DNA of 64,000 bases from Macrostomum hystrix. Lineage: Eukaryota > Animalia > Platyhelminthes. Below, one piece after another: positions 30,827-43,515 of the stretch. Position 1 is the first letter of the stretch; each line of letters starts with the position of its first letter. The notes under the pieces are model-generated. The model saw only the letters and a program-made list of their open reading frames with translations, was not told the origin of the DNA and made no database searches. The stretch is taken from positions 6,820,001 through 6,884,000 of the forward strand of contig CATNEN010000038.1 in the NCBI GenBank assembly GCA_950097015.1. The letters are read 5' to 3'. A program made the position numbers and the translations under genes.

Positions 30827-31868
30827 ATGGTGTACAACTACACAAAGCCACGCGGTCCAATAGCCGCAATGTACAGCAGTCCGGGCCCAAAGTACATGCT
30901 GCCCAGCCTCATTGGACAGCCGCATCACGATCCGCGCTCCGTTCACGCCCGAGGCCCGGCCTATCCATTCGGCCTGCGACACGGCAAGTTTAGCGACGAC
31001 TCGAGCCCGGGACCTTGCTACCTGCCGCAGGCCAAGACCTACAGGGACGGCAAGGACGGGACGCCGCATTATTCGCTGTACGGCCGGCCAAAGGACGGCA
31101 CCATGTTCTCGGCGCCTGGCCCCGGAGCCTACAAACCGGAGACCACCAACAAGGAGGTCTACTCAAGGGCTCCGGCCTACAGCTTCGGGCTGCGGCATCA
31201 CCAGTTCCGCACAGACAACACACCAGGTAAAAAAATCGGCCGTTTCCTGACAAATCGAATCATCTCTTTAGACCCGACTCAAAACCGACTCAAATTCAAT
31301 GATCCGCGCAGGCCCAAACATGTACACCCCGGACCCGATGCTGGGAAAGACTCTGCGCAGCGAGAAAAAGGCCGCCCCCAGCTATACTCTGGTTGGACGC
31401 TCCAAGGTCGGCGGGTTTCACGAGGATCTTCAAAAGGTGAGAATAATAGTGAACACTCTACCTTAGTAAAACCTTCAGCAGAGCTGAACCTGTCGCTCCG
31501 CCTGCTATACCTGTTCCACCTGTTCCGCCAACAGACTCCGGGTCCGGGCGCCTACAGTGTGGTTCCGCCAGGCCGCTACAAGTCGAACCCGCCGGCGTAC
31601 AGCTTGACCAGCCGTAACCCGATGCCCGGAGATGGCACCACCAAGCCGGGCCCGGGCGCGCACTCGCCTGAGAATGTGAGTTCACCTGCGTATACGGCTG
31701 TTAAATTAACAAAATAGCTATAGAAAATGTTTGCTGCCATGACATTAAACTCACTTTCCAACCTGGCAGAATTATAATCGCGTGAAGCGCGCAGCCCCCG
31801 CCTTCAGCTTCGGCATCCGGCATTCGCAGTACAAAGGTGAGTTCATCTCGGATGCCGACATGCAGTAG
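30827..31868 (+). CDS. ODF3: Outer dense fiber protein 3 / SHIPPO1-repeat ciliary microtubule-associated protein, 254 aa
   Basis: Kozak GCCACCATGG; exons 30827-31226, 31312-31436, 31535-31675, 31770-31868 (GT-AG, phases consistent); KPRGPIAAMYSSPGPKYMLP, repeated PGPGAY / PAYSFG SHIPPO motifs, GGFHEDLQKTPGP, PAFSFGIRHS. Confidence 0.95.
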
Positions 31869-32439
31869 GTCGATCCGGCGCAGGATTGCAGTTTTTACCT
31901 TAACTTTCATTGTTTAAATCAGATCCCTTTCAAATTAACGCTGCTGATGTTTTGTGATAATTTATACATTCACTCCATGCAGGATTTTCTGCTTTACTCA
32001 GTATAGCCATGTCACATATATACAGTACTGTACAATTCTGTATTCACAATAATGCGTAGGATATCTGGATTGCTTTCATTAGAGTTGATATACTCGTATT
32101 TTAGCAGTAAATATTCTACAAAGCCTTATTTTCGTGTGGAAGAAAACCAAAGTGATGTTATTTTCTGATTTGCAGAAAGTTTAGAACATCGACGAGCTCG
32201 CAGTTTTCGCCGTTACCAACCGTATTTTATAGCTTTTACAGTAATGCGTTTCATATACCTTTATCGTAGCTTTTTACAAGCTTTTTGTAGCATTATATAG
32301 TATTGCGTTTCGTGGTTCTGTTTTACCTCACTCCGCGATCCTCAATCCGACACTTTATTTCGTGTCGCTTAACCCACCACCTCATTCCGAGTCCCTCTTG
32401 CCGCACACCTCATTCAGCGTCCTTCTAGCCACTACCACG

Positions 32440-32790
32440 CGTCTTTATAGGCCGCCACCTCACTCCGCGCCTGTCTAGCCACCACCTCACTCCGCGCCTG
32501 TCTAGCCACCACCTCACTCCGCGCCTGTCTAGCCACCACCTCACTCCGCGTCCCTCTAGCCACCACGTTCCACCAACAGGATACAGCCACAGCCTCACTC
32601 CGCGTCCCTCTAGCCACCACGTTCCACCAACAGGATACAGCCACAGCCTCACTCCGCGTCCCTCTAGCCACCACGTTCCTCCAACAGGATACAGCCACAG
32701 CCTCACTCCGCGTCCCTCTAGCCACCACGTTCCACCAACAGGATACAGCCACAACCTCACTCCGTGTCCTTCATCCTGCGCAACCTCACT
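32440..32790. repeat. Composite tandem repeat (27-bp and 54-bp CCTCACTCCGCG-containing units)
   Basis: Three short units and four long units. Confidence 0.9.
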
Positions 32791-32984
32791 TCACGCGTGA
32801 CCTCTAAACGCCCACTAAATCAGAAACCAGATACGTATTTTCGTCCCAATAAAATTTACTTACGGAATATTAGAGGTAGATTATCCTATAAGATCATCCG
32901 AAGTATTTGACAAATGCCAAGAGAAAAATCTCCTTCTATTTCTGCAGTTCATATTAAAATTGAATCGCGCTTTGAATTTTTATC

Positions 32985-33535
32985 ATAATAATAATAATAA
33001 TAATAATAGTTACACTCCACGCCGACCACAGAAGTGGCCAAGAGGGGGGAGCGTCAAAACGCGCGTTTCAGTGCCAGGTCTCTGACGTGCTTCACGCCTG
33101 CCGCCTGGCTGGGTGCTCGGGCGTCTTCAAAAAGGCGGTCAATATAGCGGGCTGTACGTCCCTGGCCGCGCCTGCGCGGTCCCTGCGAGGTCCACAGCAG
33201 GACATCCTGCAGCGGCTCTGGGCAGTAGGCTTCGGCGCGGATGACATGCCCGGCCAGCCGCAGTCGCCGCTGACTCAGCAGGACAGAAGGCCGCGTTAGG
33301 CGCGCACGCTGGTACAGGGACTCGGTTGTCTCGCTGCCAGGGCCGCGGCGGGCGCCGAAAGCGGCGCGAACTAGGGCCGCATGCGCCGCGTCGAGCTGCG
33401 CCTCGAGCGCCCCGGTCATCGTCCAGGTCTCAGCATTGTACAAGAGGGCGGTCTCGACAACTGCCTGGAACAGCTGGGACCTGGCGCCGTTCGACAGGGC
33501 CTCGGAGAGTAGCACCGCCCGCACAGAACGGTAGG
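32985..33535 (-). mobile_element. RTE-clade non-LTR retrotransposon, 5'-truncated 3' end with (TTA)n tail
   Basis: Intact C-terminal ORF LFQAVVETALLYNAETWT...RRLRLAGHVIR...RRRGQGR..YID; short 3'UTR with a small hairpin; (TAA)n at 32985-33008. Confidence 0.9.
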
Positions 33536-33847
33536 TAGGTAGAACAGAACAGAACATCATAAAGAAAATGTAACTTTTAGCCACGTAATTCGTTATTTCG
33601 TTGCTTTCATAGCTTGTAATAATTATCAAGTTTTTTGCCGCCTCTTGCTGCTTTTATTTACATTGGCCATTGTCTGTAGGGATAATTATGTAGCTTGTAA
33701 ATAAAATTAGATTTTATGGAGACCGAACGTTTAAAATTTTTTTTTATCGGAAAAGTCCTAAAACTAATAATTTATTTTAAAAAATCATCTTAGTTCCCAC
33801 AGAACTCAGTGATTGACCTATTACACCTGGTAAGCGAGTGGATTTCA

Positions 33848-34300
33848 AGGTGGGTAGAGAGGACCACAGATGGGTAAAAAGGACTACAGGTGGGTAGAGA
33901 GGACTACAGGTGGGTAGAGCGGACTGCAGGTGGGTAAAGTGGACTGAAGGTGGGTAGAGCGGACTGCAAGGCGGGTAGAGTGGATTACAAGGTGGGTAGA
34001 GAGGACTACAGGTGGGTAGAATGCACTGCAGGTGGGTAGAGAGGACTACAGGTGGGTAGAGCGGACTGCAAGGTGGGTAGAGTGGACTGCAGGTGGGTAG
34101 AATGCACTGCAGGTGGGTAGAGAGGACTACAGGTGGGTAGAGAGGACTACAGGTGGGTAGAATGCACTGCAGGTGGGTAGAGAGGACTACAGGTGGGTAG
34201 AGCGGACTGCAAGGTGGGTAGAGAGGACTACAGGTGGGTAGAGAGGACTACAGGTGGGTAGAGTAGAGTGGCTGTAGGTGGGTAGAGTGGACTGCAGGTA
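33848..34300. repeat. 20-bp minisatellite (AGGTGGGTAGAGAGGACTAC)n
   Basis: About 22 copies. Confidence 0.95.
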
Positions 34301-34638
34301 GTTAGAGCAGCTAACAATAAAGAGCCAAATAACAATGAGATTTGCGGACTGAGATTAAGACACTTTCAACTGAAGAGAATTATCGCTCGCAAATAAATCA
34401 TTCAAGGCGATTAGATTTTATTGTCGATAAAGACGGTGGTTAGCAGGAAATTCGATTTGAAACTTTTCTAGCAGAGAAAACTGCAGAGAACGACACAGGT
34501 GAAAAAAAATGTTCACAACAACAATTATGGTCAGTTTTGTTAACAATATAGATGATTCGGTAGATATAAAACTTATAAATAAAACAGCAATTTCCGAAAG
34601 ATAAAAATCACAAAGCAAGCCTAAAATTGTCTTAAGAC

Positions 34639-34680
<42 letters not shown>

Positions 34681-35169
34681 TCTGAAGTAACAGCAGCCAT
34701 AAATGAATAGTTATTTAAGTTATTAAAAAATTACAAAAACACGAGAAAATTTGAAACACAACCTTTCTGGATAAATTTGCAAAAATGGAAAAAAATAATA
34801 ACATAAACTGATTGAATAAAATAAACCATTATTATAGGAATTATGGGAACGCAAAAAACGAGAGTTATAACAAACCCTCTGTCTACAAAAACATTTTACG
34901 CAGGTAACTTATTAACGCTCGACAAGCGTTTGCATTAAAACAAAAAAATAATTTATACAAATTGATACTGTTCTATACAAAAAGCAACTGTTAAAAAATT
35001 CAGACACTTCTGACAAAATATTTTTATGCATAACTTAAAAAAAACTTTAACGAACATTGTCATGGGTCTAAATGTATTTGAATCAAAATTTAAACTTTGT
35101 TTAAGATAGATTTAAAAGTGTAGAGCATTTTGTGTTTTTTTTATTTAGACTACGGACGAAGTTTTACCC

Positions 35170-35305
35170 GTGAGTTTCTTAGATTCTCATATGAGAGTTT
35201 CTTAGATTCTCATATGAGAGTTTCTTAGATTCTCGCGAGAGTTTCTTAGATTCTCATATGAGAGTTTCTTAGATTCTCATATGAGAGTTTCTTAGATTCT
35301 CATAT
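35170..35305. repeat. 23-bp tandem repeat (GAGAGTTTCTTAGATTCTCATAT)
   Basis: About 6 copies, abutting a SINE. Confidence 0.9.
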
Positions 35306-35310
35306 ATTTA

Positions 35311-35605
35311 ATTGATTACACCTGCCCCAATTGGGTCAGATGTGCAGCCGACAGCACAGCCGCAGCTAATGCGCGGCGCATCTGAAGGCTGCGTACAGCT
35401 GTTCAGTCCACGGACTGGGGGGACGCCACACCCACCTTCAATTATCCCAGCTGATGCTGGTACCCATTTAACAGCTGGCTGAACCAAAGCAATGCAGAGT
35501 TAAGTGTCTTGCTAAAGGACGCAAATTGTTCCAGTGGAGTCGGGAATCGAACCCCCGACCTTCAAGTCGTGAGTCAGATGCCTTAACCACTAGGCTACAA
35601 CCTCT
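35311..35605 (-). mobile_element. tRNA-derived CORE-like SINE family B
   Basis: Minus strand: A-box TAGCCTAGTGG, B-box GGTTCGATTCC, CORE-like GTCCTTTAGCAAGACACTTAAC...CTGTTAAATGGG; near-identical copy at 40641-40944. Confidence 0.9.
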
Positions 35606-35914
35606 CTATAGTTCCTCTCATATAAGAGTTTTATATAGCTTATATATAAGCTATACGTAGCTTTATATAATAGTTAAAATGTTCACATAGTCTTTATGGC
35701 ACACACTTAGGGAGTAAATACTACACATAAACTTACATCTTTTTGCTACTATACACAACAACAAAAAATAGACAACAGCAACAAATCTACTAGAAGTAGT
35801 GTGCAAAGCAATGCAAGAGAATTCCAGCGAAGGCCACCAAGAGGAACACACGCGCCAGTTACAACAGGAATAGAGTATTATAATATTTATAGGAGAATTA
35901 GTGACCAATGCAAT

Positions 35915-38862
35915 CTACACAGGATTCAAATCCGTGAATGCAATGAGCCTCTCAATACCGATTAGCCTAAACAGGATTGGGCAGGTGTACACCACATTGA
36001 ATGCCACAATACTGTACGTGATAAACTTGTAGGGCAGTTCAACTTTCAGTAGTTGCAGATTCTTGGCGTTGCCAGGGTCCAGCTTGTAGATGAAGCAGAG
36101 GCAGTGATAGGTGATGGACTTCATGGCGCTGCGTGTGGCAATGAGCACAGTGCCGCCAAGGGCCATCCGCATGGCCTGCGGGTTGCGTTGGGTGGTGTAC
36201 GCTGCATGTGTACTCTGAATCTAATGTACTGAAATCTAATGTACTGAGGAATGGATGAGCTGCGAATACTGTACAGGATCTAGTGTACTCAGGAATGGAT
36301 GAGCTGCGACTATTGTACAGGATCTATTGTACTCAGGAATGAGCTGTGACTATTGTACAGGATCTAGTGTACTCAGGAATGAGCTGTGACTATTGTACAG
36401 GATTTATTGTACTCAGGAATGAGCTGTGACTATTGTACAGGATCTAGTGTACTCAGGAATGAGCTGTGACTATTGTACAGGATCTAGTGTACTCAGGAAT
36501 GAGCTGTGACTATTGTACAGGATCTAGTGTACTCAGGAATGAGCTGTGACTATTGTATAGGATCTAGTGTACTCAGGAATGAGCTGTGACTATTGTACAG
36601 GATCTAGTGTACTCAGGAATGAGCTGTGACAATTGTACACGATTCAGTTGTACTCAGGAGCTGACTATTGTACATGATTCAGTTGTACTCAGGAGCTGAC
36701 TATTGTACATGATTCAGTTGTACTCAGGAGCTGACTATTGTACATGATTCAGTTGTACTCAGGAGCTGACTATTGTACACGATTCAGTTGCACTCAGGAG
36801 CTGACTATTGTACATGATTCAGTTGTACTCAGGAGCTGACTATTGTACACGATTCAGTTGCACTCAGGAGCTGACTATTGTACACGAGTTCCAGTAAAAA
36901 ATACATGTACAAAATTGCAAAGTTGTGAGACTTCTACTCACAGTGCTGCCAATGAATTCGATGTCGGGAAATTTCACAGCGTACGGCGGTGGCTCCAGGG
37001 GTCGATCGTAGAAGCCCTGCGCGTAGGCCAGCCAGGAGGCCACGGAGACGCCGCACATGACAGCCAAGGTCATTGTGGAGTCGCCCCTAGCTGAATTCCA
37101 TTGGTCCAGCCTGGGGTAGGCAGTGCAGAGCAGCAGCAAGCCGGCAGTGATGATGAATGGAGAATACGGGTGCGTCAGCTGGAAATTGTCCATGGCGTCT
37201 AGGAATGGGTAGATGAAGGCCAGGAACAGCATGCCGAACACCGCGCCGCTGAGCACATCCTGCGGAATTGAGAAGCGGCGCTGTTCACTGCCAGCAGCAA
37301 CCTGAGGACTTCAGTCTGAATCTCAGGACTTCAGGCTGAACCTGAAGACTTTAAACTGAACCTGATACTCTAGTTGGGTGAGCACTAAGCAAGGCTTTGT
37401 GGGGATCAGTTTAAATTTAGCTCTGGCAAAGCAGGTGAACTTCGGGTGCCTGGATGACCAGTCCGAATTCCGCAGAGAAGGGGTCCCAGAGTGAGGGCGT
37501 GTTGAAGACTGGCTTATCTGGTCTCGTTATCAGGCGTGTCGCAACACCTGCCCAGCAGGCAATTTATACTGGGCTTATCTAACATTGTAGAGGCCACATG
37601 GAACTTCGTGTCAGATTGTGTAATAGCGATGCAACCTACCAGAATGCTGTGCATGCCCAGGTAGATGCGACTAAGGCACACCAGTAGGCACCAGAACACG
37701 CACAGGATGAAGCCAAGCTCGGTTGAAAACTGCAAACCAATGTAGGGGGGAGATGGTAATTTAGTGGTTTAAAAGAAACGGAGGTTTAAAAACTGGTGTT
37801 AAAACGGAGGGGCACATACGGATGGGTAGAAAAAAAGAAACAGGGGGGGAAGACATGGGGGTAGAAACAGAGGGGAAGACACGGAGTGGTAGATATGAAG
37901 GGGAAGACACGGAGGGGTAGAAACAGAAGGGAAGACACGGAGTGGTAGATACGGAGGGGAAGACATGGAGGGGTAGAAATAGAGGGGAAGACATGGAGGG
38001 GTAGAAACAGGGGAAGACACGGAGGGGAAGATACAGAGGGGTAGAAACAGCGGAAGACACGGGGGGTAGAAACGGAGGGGTAGAAACAGTGGAAGACATG
38101 GAGGGGTAGAAACAGAGGGGTAGAAGCCAGTCAGTTACTCACCAGGTAGCGGTTGTGCGTCAGGAAGAACAATGAGAACGGGATGGTGATGGCGATGGTG
38201 GCGTGAGTAGACGGGAAGCCGTACTCAAGCTCATAGCGCTTCTCCAGCTTGGCCACAGGCGGACTGGCCGGCCGCGGGCTGCGGATGACGTCCTTGAGTG
38301 CCTGGCCGAACCACATGCTGAAGCCCCAGGCGATGACAACCCGGCGGCAAACGTAGCCGTCGACATTCCAAAACCAGTAGGGAAAAAAGGTGCAGTTAAA
38401 TTCTTCGTTGCCAAGCATGGCGCCAAAGGAGAAGAGGTGATAGAGGAACAAGTTCTTCACTTTGTAGTCCACATTGTTGCGCATGGAGTAGTCCATGAGA
38501 GAGTGCTGGACTCGGCTTTTCACGCTCTGCTTCCACTGATCATCGCTGCGCTGACGTCTGTGCCGCATGTGCTGCGGCCGCTGCTGCTGCTGCCGGCTGA
38601 CTTTGCCAGCTGAAGGAGCCGAGGTCGGCGATGGCAAAGACTGCATCGGGCGCAGGTCTTCAGCGCCTGAATCATTCTGATCTTCCATGCTGTTGGTGTC
38701 TGAGAAATCGGCATCCTCTTCCTCCTCGTCCATGGAGTTCAGGCCGCTGTCCTTGAAGCCAATGTCTAGGCCGCAGAGCGACTGGAATTTCGCCACCAGA
38801 TTTGGATCATTGAGCTGCGAGATGACGCTCTTGATTCGGTCCATGATCAGTGCGCTGGGCAT
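35915..38862 (-). CDS. SGPP: Sphingosine-1-phosphate phosphatase (PAP2 family), about 462 aa
   Basis: Exons 38862-38143, 37729-37640, 37259-36942, 36175-35915 (GT-AG, all phase 0); PAP2 motifs KDVIRSPRP, EYGFPSTH, SRIYLGMHSILDV; family motifs LGNEEF..FFP.WFWNVDG, RGDST, ELPYKFITY. Confidence 0.95.
36215..36890. repeat. Intronic array: a 40-bp unit grading into a related 35-bp unit
   Basis: GATCTAGTGTACTCAGGAATGAGCTGTGACTATTGTACAG, then GATTCAGTTGTACTCAGGAGCTGACTATTGTACAT. Confidence 0.93.
37800..38125. repeat. About 28-bp G-rich minisatellite in SGPP intron 1
   Basis: GGAGGGGTAGAAACAGAGGGGAAGACAY units. Confidence 0.9.
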
Positions 38863-40227
38863 TTGACCGCCTGTACTACTGCTGCTGCTGTTGCTGCTGA
38901 AATCCAAGGACAAGAAGGTATTTAATTACAATACTCTGAAGCACTCAGTCGAGAAATTCTTGTGATACTACATTCTCTCCTAATATCGAGCCCTATAAAA
39001 ATAATTTGGTCTTATCGACTGCACCAAGTGCTGCAGAGCAGAGGGGGGAGGCAGGAGGGAGAGAAGAAGCTCGCGGAGTGGCGCGATGGGGTGGGCAGAG
39101 GACAGGGCGGTCAAATAAGAAAGTGCTCTGAACTGAAGTGGGGGTGTCTGGCCCGCCAAAGCACAGAATGGAGCACCGTTGCAGCCACCCCAACTCCTCC
39201 AGCTCACTGCAGCCGACCTTCAAAAAATTTCCATAGAGCAGTTCTGGCACAGCAGCAGCAGGCACGGGTCCAGTGCGTGCTCGGGTGTAGGGGGTGGCTG
39301 TGCAGGGTGCAAGCTGAAGCTCGCATCGCTGCTTATTTTCATTTTTTGCTAATTGCGCCACTAGCAGGGAAAACATAAACCCACATGGCCAAGCGCTAGA
39401 CAGTGAAGATAGAAAATATAAAAGTACATAGCAGCTAGGGCACACCCATAAGCCTTTAGCTTTTGTGGGACAAGCATAGGTAAGTGCAATAATTGATTTA
39501 AAACTGCTATCAAATCTTAATCATGCAGCATCACGTGCTTGTGCAAAGCTAGCTGTTTGAACTGTGAGCACTGGGGAATTAAGTACCCTGATAGGGGAAC
39601 CAGACTGCTTCCTCGATAAGACCTCTCGGCTACTAGCATCGGGTTAGCTCAGAACCGGTGGGTTAATTAAGACGTTAATTTTGGACAACTCAAACTGGGA
39701 ATAATGCGAGTGCAGGCAGGCACGGCTTATTACATACAGGCTTGCACCAGGTGACAGGTGAGCCGCGATAGGTGGAGAGAGAATCACGCGACCCTTTTGG
39801 GTTGGCGCCAAATTTCTAAAAAATAGACCACACGGGCAGTCATGCCTAATAAAGCAAGCAATTTCGTAGGACTGGTAAATGTTAGGAAAACATGGTTTGC
39901 CTTGGCACGCGCTGACACAAAGAATGTGGCCCAGAGCCTAATTCTATTCGCCAGTATTTCAGACTGTATCTAACTCTGAGTCAGCGCTTGATAAATGGCA
40001 TTTTGGGTCAATTAACGAGGTCGTAAGGGGGTGACCAAAATACCAAAATAGACCTACGCCCAGATTTTTTTCATTCTGTGAAGATAACTCAGCAAGAGGC
40101 ACTTTTATAAGCAATAAACTGGAGCAAAACTCTGGGGTATTTTAGGTACCCACATTTAGAGTAGAGTGGTGAAACTCGTGAGAGTGAATATAGTGAATTT
40201 CTGTGCTGTGATCACTGTGTACTGGCA

Positions 40228-40490
40228 CATCATTTGGTTACAGTAGACCCACAGCCAACGTGAAGGCGATTCTGCCAATTCTACTGACTCTTAAGCATAC
40301 ACTCATATATACTGTATGCAGGCACACACTCACACAGGTCTGACAGGGGTGTACATATGGCCTGACTTTCTTATAATCATGCAGTGTACATGTTTTACTG
40401 TGTCTTGGAGGTTGTCGCAATGGATAAATTGCACAACAAGACCCCAAGCCATCTCTTTGCACTGCTCCCCAAATAAATGTAGTCTTACTG
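40228..40490 (-). mobile_element. SINE family A, diverged copy
   Basis: Reverse-complement homology to the 20418 and 62020 copies. Confidence 0.75.
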
Positions 40491-40612
40491 GAATTCAGAT
40501 AAGCAACCTTGGTACATGTTAGACCACTGTCACTTACCCTCCTAGCATCACAGGTTACTGCATTCAAGTCCCTAATACTTTACAATGAGATGAACTTTGT
40601 GGCTTTTAGCTT

Positions 40613-40944
40613 TTATTATTAATAATAATAATAATTACTAATTGATTACACCTGCCCCAATTGGGTCAGATGTGCAGCCGACAGCACAGCTGCAGCTAAT
40701 GCACGGCGCATCTGAAGGCTGCGTACAGCTGTTCAGTCCACGGACTAGGGGGACGCCACACCTACCTTCAATTATCCCAGCTGATGCTGGTACCCATTTA
40801 ACAGCTGGGTGAACCAAAGCAATGCAGAGTTAAGTGTCTTGCTTGTCTTGCTAAAGGACGCAAATTGTTCCACTGGAGTCGGGAATCGAACCCCCGACCT
40901 TCAAGTCGTGGGTCCGACGCCCTAACCACTAGGCTACAACCTCT
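40613..40944 (-). mobile_element. tRNA-derived CORE-like SINE family B with (ATT)n tail
   Basis: Few substitutions versus 35311-35605, plus an 8-bp internal duplication TGTCTTGC. Confidence 0.9.
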
Positions 40945-41097
40945 TATATTAAATATTAAAGAATATCTTAAGTGAAAGTGAATTTTTTACTTCATATTGA
41001 TTAGTGAAATAACAGATAACAAACTTTTAGTTATATTTAAGCCAGACTACTTTATGATTATGATTAAAAAAAATTTTGTTACTATGACAAGCAACTT

Positions 41098-41210
41098 GGG
41101 GTCAGTGACAGAGTGGTTAATCTGTTTGCCTCTTGCACCACAGTCCCTAAGTTTGATTCCATGGCAAGGCCATGTTTATTTAGGGTACAGCTATGGAGAG
41201 AGGGCTTATT
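41098..41210 (+). mobile_element. SINE family A tRNA-like head fragment
   Basis: A-box GTGACAGAGTGG, degenerate B-box AGTTTGATTCC, followed by the family A body start (GGCCA..TTTATTT.GGG..CAGC...GGAGAGAGGGCTT). Confidence 0.65.
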
Positions 41211-43515
41211 ATTATTAGTATGACAAGGGCATGACTCTTAATTATTTTACACCATTCTTTCAACAATAATTTTATAAAGTTACAACTTTTCAATATTAAT
41301 TAAGGTTTGTAGACACCAATATACAAAAAAGTAAACTATTATAACAAATAATACAAAAGACTATCATACTGAATCAGGTGTATTATAAAAAATGAAAACT
41401 GAATAGCTATTTATATTAAAACTGTCAAGCAGGGCAATAGGCTCTAAAATAACTAAGAGGCCCAGGATTGTAAAATTAAATCTGTATATTTTGTAGAAAT
41501 TATAAATATGCTGAACTTGACTTTGTTTTCAAATATCACTAAGACATAGTGCTTAGGTACAATATCTTCATATAATGTTATTAATGCAAAAACTAAACAA
41601 AGTAAATTTGGCTTTGAAATCTAATCGGCCGGGCCATAAGCACTAGGCCTAATGCAAGAAATTAAATAAAAATAAAATTGTATTGACAAATAAATAAGTT
41701 AATCACCTAATTTACATCTTGCTAAATTACATTAGTTAACTTACATTAGCCTAGTTAAAGGAGTATAATACATATAGGCTCTATTCTTAAATCCTAATGA
41801 GGATGAGAAATTAAACTTTTTATTTAGGGCTAGTAATGCTAGGCCCCTAATGTGTGCCTAAATTGTTAGTTTCTTAAATTATATTCTTAAATATTCTATC
41901 AGAGCCTGTCACAGTAGGCTCTGACTTCCTCTTGACTTTTCTATTTAGAGACTAGAAGTAGAACTAGAAAATATATCCAGGCCTAATATGAAACTCAATT
42001 ATAGCCTAGGCCTAACTAAGAATAGAATAGATCAGCTATAGAAAATATTATGGTTTGAAAGCCAGTAGAGATGGAAGCCTCAAAATAAAAACACTGTACA
42101 TCACATAGGGCCTGACACTAGACCTAATATAAGCCTACCACTATAACACATGCTAGCTAGATTTAGCTAGCAAGTGAAGTAGTAAGTAGGCCTAGCAGGC
42201 TAGCATGGAACATGTTTATGTTTGTCCCTACTAGGCCAGGCCCTAGTTTAACCTTATATGTATTAGAGAAGGGCCTAGTGCCCAAAATTTCAAAAAACAG
42301 TAGAACAGTAAGAGTAACTGACAGAGAAAACGTGAAAGAAGTTAGCTAGAACTTGCAGTGACGAATGGGCGCAGTCATAGATAGTATGAGTGCTTCATAA
42401 CTTTGGTTTAGTGTTTCTGTGGGATATACTAAATCAGATGTAATAAATTTTCACAGCCATGTAACCGATTCCTACCTTTGTGTAGATAACTGTTTCTACA
42501 GCCAGGATCAAGGAAAAATTATGAGTCATCACAAAAAGCACTGCCACACACTCACGCACACACACGCCCGTCGCCCGTCGCCCAATGATGATTTCGAATA
42601 AACAGTGATGGCTGAAGCCTACCAAATCTATTGATATCAATAGAGACACTAAAAATAAAAGTAGAAACCAATTTTTGATAAAAATATGCTAATTATTTCT
42701 TAAATTGTGTATTTTGTCGCTTTTGACTTAGTACATTAAATACTTGTGTTTGTATTGTTAAAAATAGTGCTTTTAAAAAAATTCGATAGTAAAAAAGAAA
42801 TTATATGTATGTTACCTCTCTGTCCAAAATATGCTTTACAAGCCGCTAGCACTGCCACTGCACAGCCACATAGACAGCTGGCCTGATTTTAGTGATTTTT
42901 AGGCCACCAGTGAGTTACTAAAGTAGATCAATAACCACTAGGACATAGTTGTCCTTGAGTAGAATTATACGCCAAGAAAGACTTTACACCTTTTCACGCT
43001 CAATTTTGATCAAATTCCAGTAGAAATTCAATTCAGACACTTTGAGTGCTCTATGGTCAGTGATTACGGAAAATCAATAGAAACATGCACCTTTCAATTT
43101 AAGGAAATTAGTGCCCGTTCAATTAAAACTCGGCTTTTTAGTCTATGGCAAAATCTCATCAGTCTCGCGGAAGTTAGGTGTAAAGCGGACAACGGCGTAC
43201 ACGATCGTGAGATCTGGAAGCTCGAAAAGCTACCAAAGGGAGGGGTCTTCTTTAAATTTAATCCTATAAAATAGTTCCAGCTTTAGTAGGCGCACAAATC
43301 TACTGGGTCTATATTGAATATTTTTGGGATGCAAAAAAGAAAACCATTTTTGTTTTAGGGACCCCAATTTATATAGAATGCCACACTAAGCGGGACATTA
43401 TGATTGAAGTGTTTTGGGTCAGGTAAATTCTGTGTGAATAATAAATAGCATTAAAATTCAATAATGGAGACATTGAATTTGGGACCTATTGGGTGCCAAC
43501 TTGCCCAGAACAGGG

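Noticed and set aside
30788-31717. 309-aa single ORF as the ODF3 product
   Set aside because: Reads through introns with exon 2 out of frame; the spliced 254-aa model restores the conserved motifs
35530-35605. tRNA gene
   Set aside because: A and B boxes are present but there is no proper acceptor stem, and it continues into a multicopy SINE body
40025-43365. GGGGT-starting ends as TIRs of a large DNA transposon
   Set aside because: Inverted similarity is limited to a few bases; no TSD or transposase
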